Assembly: GCF_009914755.1 (NCBI RefSeq)
Contig: NC_060925.1
From: the human T2T-CHM13v2.0 reference genome, Homo sapiens
Length of the DNA stretch: 64,000 bases
Strand: one strand, 5' to 3'
Below, one piece after another: positions 52,522 through 64,000 of the stretch (positions are counted from its first letter, which is position 1; each line of letters opens with the position of its first letter). The notes below the pieces were generated by a model, which worked only from the letters and a program-made list of their open reading frames with translations, was not told the origin of the DNA and searched no databases. A program made the position numbers and the translations under genes.

Positions 52522-53811
52522 ATCATTTTGGGCATTTGTCTGATTAGGCCCCATCCTTGATGAGCACAAACTCGTAGGAAATTTTGAACAACTAGTGCTT
52601 GTGCTTATTGGCTGAAATGCTTAGGTAATAGGCACTTGAAAGGTGAACAGAATTCATTTGTACGCTGGTATAATCACACATATATTAGTGATTTAAATAC
52701 CCCATCTCCCATCCCCAATTCATGGCTACTGGCCCATAAAAGTAATACAACATTTGGAGACTGGCCCTATTAAAAACAGAAATGAAAAGTAATCTTCCAA
52801 ACACCTCGCAGGGTGTTAACGTTTGGTTTTCTTACTTATCCTTCATCTGACTCCAAGCCCAATCTGGTAGTGTTTCATAGTAGTTTTCTTTAGGCTGGAT
52901 TTAATTGCTTGAGAGATGTCTTTTTCTAATGAGATTGAGCAATCTAAACTGTAACCTGCATTCCTGAGACTTGGGCTCATGTATTTCAAAACATAGCTAA
53001 GGGTTAAAAAGACTTGAAACAGAATAGCCTTTTTATTATTGTTGTTATTGTTCTTATTTTAAACATGCAGCTTCATGTCCCCAAAATATATTTGATGTTC
53101 TTTTATAAGAAAGGGCAATCCTTTAAATTCTCAAACATGAGCCAGAAAAAGATATTACTCTCTCACCTAAAGAGAAATAGAGCTTTTTTTATTCCCTGGT
53201 GTTATTTTTTTAAGAGAGATATTTTATTATTTCGGATTTGGGTTTCCTTGCCTTGCTTTCCATTCTTTTATAGATGAAACATCAACACAGAAACATCAGC
53301 TACACTGCATATGGTTAACTTGCATTCACCCCATTTTTACAAGGCACTTTGGACTGAACCAGATTACTCCTCCAAATGCTTCTCAACTGTCTAAAATGGC
53401 TGTAAAACTAAAATTTGTGTTTGCACACTCTCCTGAGCTACCTCACCCCTCCTCCAGCAAGGTCGTGCTTCACAAGGGATTGTTGGTGTTTTAAAAGGGA
53501 CAGTCTACATAATACAAACTGTTTGCACTAAAGAAGCCAAAGAGACTTCACAGAATGTCCATGGCATTGACCTTTTCCTGTTATGATATCTCTTTTGTAT
53601 ACCAGGTTATAATTCTTTGGTATTAATATCCAGCATCTAGACAGTGAACTAGAATTATGGTTTAGAAGATCTGCTTTGTTTGGGGTCAACAATAGGGAGT
53701 TGGAAAACAATTTTCTAAGTATGCTTAACCGTTAGCATTTCCTATCATAAGGTTAGACAAGTATTGCAACTAGCTTAAATATTTAACTAGTAATCTGTTT
53801 AAGTATTACAA

Positions 53812-54812
53812 TACAGAAGATAAGCTCATGAAAAGATGTTCAACGTCATTAGTTATTATTAGAGAAGTGCAAATTAAAACCACAAAATATCATTACATGC
53901 CTATCAATGGTTAAAATAAAAAAATGACAATACTAAATGCTGGCAAGGATGCAGAGAAGCTAGATTGCTCACACATTGCTGGTGGAAAAGAAAATAGTAC
54001 AGCCTCTTTGGAAAACACTTTGGCAATTTCTTTAAAAACTCAACATGCACTTACATACAATTTAACAATTGTAGTCTTGGGCATTTATCCCAGAGAAATG
54101 AAAATGTACGTTCACACAAAAACCTGTACATGAACGTTCATGAAAGCTTTATTCTTAATAGCTAAAAACTGGAAACAAACCAAATGTCCTTCAACAGGTG
54201 AATGGTTAAACAAGCTATGACATCCATACCAGGAATGCTGTGCAGCAATAACTATTGATACAGGCAAAAACTTGGATCCATCTTAAGGGAATTATGCTGA
54301 GTTTACAAAACCAATTTTAAAATGCTACATTTTATGACTTCATTTATACAATATTCTTGAAATTGTAAAATTATAGGGATAAAGATAGAGAAGAGACTGG
54401 TGGTTGACAGGGGTTAGAAATGGGGGGTGGGGGTGGGGGTGTCTGTAAAGAGTTAACACAAAGGTCCTTTGGAGAAAGAGCAGTCTGTATCTTCATATAC
54501 AGTGATGGTTATATGAATCTACACAGGTGATAAAATTGCATAGAATAAATAGATGTATATGTGCACAGATACACATATATACACACATATATACACACAT
54601 AAATGAGTGCATGAAGTGCCTGTAAAAACTCATGAAATCTGAAAAATCTCCCTAGATGATTTCACTGTCATTTCCCTGGTTTTGATATCGTACTATAGTT
54701 TTGCAAACTGTTGCTTTCAAGGGAAACTGGGTGAAAGGTACATGAGAACTCCTACATATTTTTTCCTGCAACTTTCTGTGAACATATAATTATTTTGAAA
54801 TAAAATGTTAAA
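53812..54812 (+). mobile_element. Old L1 (L1MB/MC/MD-type) 3' end
   Basis: ORF2 C-terminal remnant (LGIYPREMKMYVHTKTCT) followed by 3'UTR ending AAATAAAATGTT. Confidence 0.85.
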
Positions 54813-55202
54813 CAATGGTGTGCTCGACTCACTTTAAAGTCTAACCCTGTATTGTTAATAAGGTGCATTTATTTCTGCTAAGGGCAAAGAATAAAAGCAA
54901 CAATATATATATATAAAGCTAGGAGCAAGGAAAGAGATGTAGTTGAAATTCATTGGTAATTCACTTAGAAACTCATGTATGGTAGAATATGTTTGAGAAT
55001 TATTGTACTTGCTTACATATTTTTTCACAAATACATTTATTTATATGAGTGTGACAAGAAGGCAGAAGTAAATGTTGCCACCGCACATTGAAAATCCTGA
55101 GAGCCTGGGCTCAGATTCCCACTGGTTTTCTTGTTGCAGCAGCAGTTTCTTCAGACATAAAGGCCAGAGAAGACAGTAAAAACAACTAAAAACATGTAAA
55201 CA

Positions 55203-55506
<304 letters not shown>

Positions 55507-56495
55507 CTAATACATCTTTTTTTTTCCAAAAAGTTTTAATCAATTTTTTTTTAATTTCTCATTTTGTATTCCTGTGTTGGAATTCACTTAGGCCTCAAAT
55601 CAGATGGTTGTATTTTGGAGGAAGAAAAGCAGCATGAGAGTAAAATTTTGAGATGTTGTACACTTTTACTCTTTAACACCAACAGATAGGCAAAGTTTGA
55701 AGTTTTTTAATGTATCTTTAGCAATTGGAGTTTATCTTAAGAGCATAAAAACAGTTTCTATAAACTGTATATAATATTTTAGATGATTTCAAAGAAAAGG
55801 TCATGCCTTATCAAGAACCTTCAAATAAGTGTAAAACTTGTACAGTTTATTTTTGAAAATTAATTTGATTAAAAAATTTAATTTAAAAGCAAAACAGTAT
55901 TCATCATAGCAATAGGATACTTCTTTTACAAATTATGTAACATTTGCTCAATGGAATACTTTGCTGTAAGTTAGCTATGTCATATCTCAATAGAGGACTT
56001 TTAGGAAACATGGTTCAGTAAAAATGCAGAATAGAAAAGTATGTAAAGTACTCATCATTTAGTTAAAATGGGGGTATATACAAAATATGTATACATATCC
56101 ACTTATGTTTAAAAAATGAAAGGAGATACCTAAATATTAAAAAATTGATTACCTAGAAGGAAGGTAGGAAATGAGAAGGACACAGGAATAGAAATTTAAA
56201 TTCTGTCAATATGCCTTGTTTCATAGATTTGATATTGACACCATATACATATTTTACATAATTTTAAAATCATATTAAAAAGAATAAGCAATCCCTAGAA
56301 ATTGAATGGAAAATCAAACATATGGACTAACCTAAATATGTACTGATTTGTTGGCATAATCTCATAGACAAGAGTTCTCTAAGTGACTTTACAGTATAGT
56401 AGTAAACTGTACATTCCAGATGAGATATAAAGACAAAAAGAACCATGAAAAACAACCCTAAATTTTGTGTTTCTTGCACTAATCATATGTAGTGA

Positions 56496-62924
<6,429 letters not shown>

Positions 62925-62957
62925 CAACTTTTTATATCATGTATTTTTTAATGGTAG

Positions 62958-63372
62958 TGACAGAGACAGGAGACAGCCAAATGCTGCCTAGGTCACTGCA
63001 CACAGGAGGTTTGCCTAAACATGTCCACAGTGAAAAATTCTGTCCGTAACACATGCACAGTAAGGGAAATAAATCAATGTGGAGTGGCTCAGAGTAAGGG
63101 CCCTCGTGAACACTGGAAGAATGGGGTGGAGTCACCAGGAATTCATGCCTCATGCAGGGGCAGGAGCTGAGCCTCAACTCACCTGTGGTGCCCTGGTATT
63201 CAATCTGTGAGGTGAGAGCCTGTTGGCAGGACCCTTTCTTTTTTGCTGAGAGCTTTCTTTTAATAAAATCTGCTCTCCTCACGTTTCAATGTGTCTGCGT
63301 GCCTGATTTTTCCTGGTCATGAGACAAGAACCCAGATTTTAGCTGAGCTAAGGAGCAAAAAATCCTGCATCA
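62958..63372 (+). mobile_element. ERV1 solo LTR (LTR1/LTR27/MER52-group-like)
   Basis: TGACAGAGACAGGAGACAG ... AATAAA ... GCAAAAAATCCTGCATCA; flanks GTAG/GTGG. Confidence 0.75.
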
Positions 63373-63699
63373 GTGGTATGGGCATTGCTATTAAGCAGTG
63401 ATTAAATATTTAATGATGTACAGAATTATTATTCATAATTTAAGAAGAGATAATATTTTTATGGATATGTTTGAAAAGAAGCATTATTTTTTAGAGAAAC
63501 ATGCTGAGCTATTTACATATAAATAATATGATGCTTAGATTTGCTTCAAAATAATCCAGGTGCAGGGAAGTAGGTGGGTTGTAGTTGAAATAAGACCAAG
63601 AGTTAATAATTACTGAATCTGGGTGGTGGGCACATGAGCTTTATTAATTATTCTATTTTTGTATATATTTGTCATTTTCAAATTAAAATATTAAAAATT

Positions 63700-64000
63700 T
63701 TAATCAACAAAGGTCTAATACCCAGATTCTATAAGGAATTTAAACAAATAAAAGAGCAAAAATTAAATAATTCCATCAAAAACTGGGCAAAGGACAACAG
63801 ATATTTCTCAAAAAAAGACATACAAGCAGCCAACAAACGTATGAACAAATACTCATTATCACAGATCTTCAGAGAAATGCAAATCAAAACCATAATGAGA
63901 TACCACCTCACTTGAGTCAGAATGGCTTTTGCTAAAAAGTCAAAAAAAATAACAGATCCTGGCAAGGCTGCAGAGAAAAGGGAACATTTATACACTGTTA
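63700..64000 (+). mobile_element. L1 ORF2 3' fragment, runs off the window
   Basis: KGLIPRFYKEFKQ...REMQIKTIMRYHLT. Confidence 0.9.

Overview
This is primate (most likely human or great ape) non-coding genomic DNA, rich in Alu, L1, L2, MIR, CR1, MaLR/ERV1 LTRs and DNA transposons. I could not recognise any host protein-coding exon, RNA gene or CRISPR array, and almost all ORF-track hits derive from repeats. The outstanding object is a 6.7 kb HERV-H provirus (22355-29096) with abnormal architecture. Its LTR7-family LTRs are inverted rather than direct repeats. The 3' LTR and polypurine tract are replaced by an inverted ~680 bp copy of the 5' end (LTR + tRNA-His PBS + leader with splice donor), giving a U3-type end on both sides, flanked by a 4/5-matching putative target-site duplication. 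Its leader carries a 13 x 61 bp minisatellite with no stop codon in any proviral-sense frame, extending an ESRG-like leader ORF to 411 aa. Other items are a near full-length L1PA8-like element, a 54 bp near-perfect palindrome, and two short local duplications at broken old repeats. Repeat family names and consensus comparisons are from memory, not from a database search, and boundaries of old repeats are approximate.
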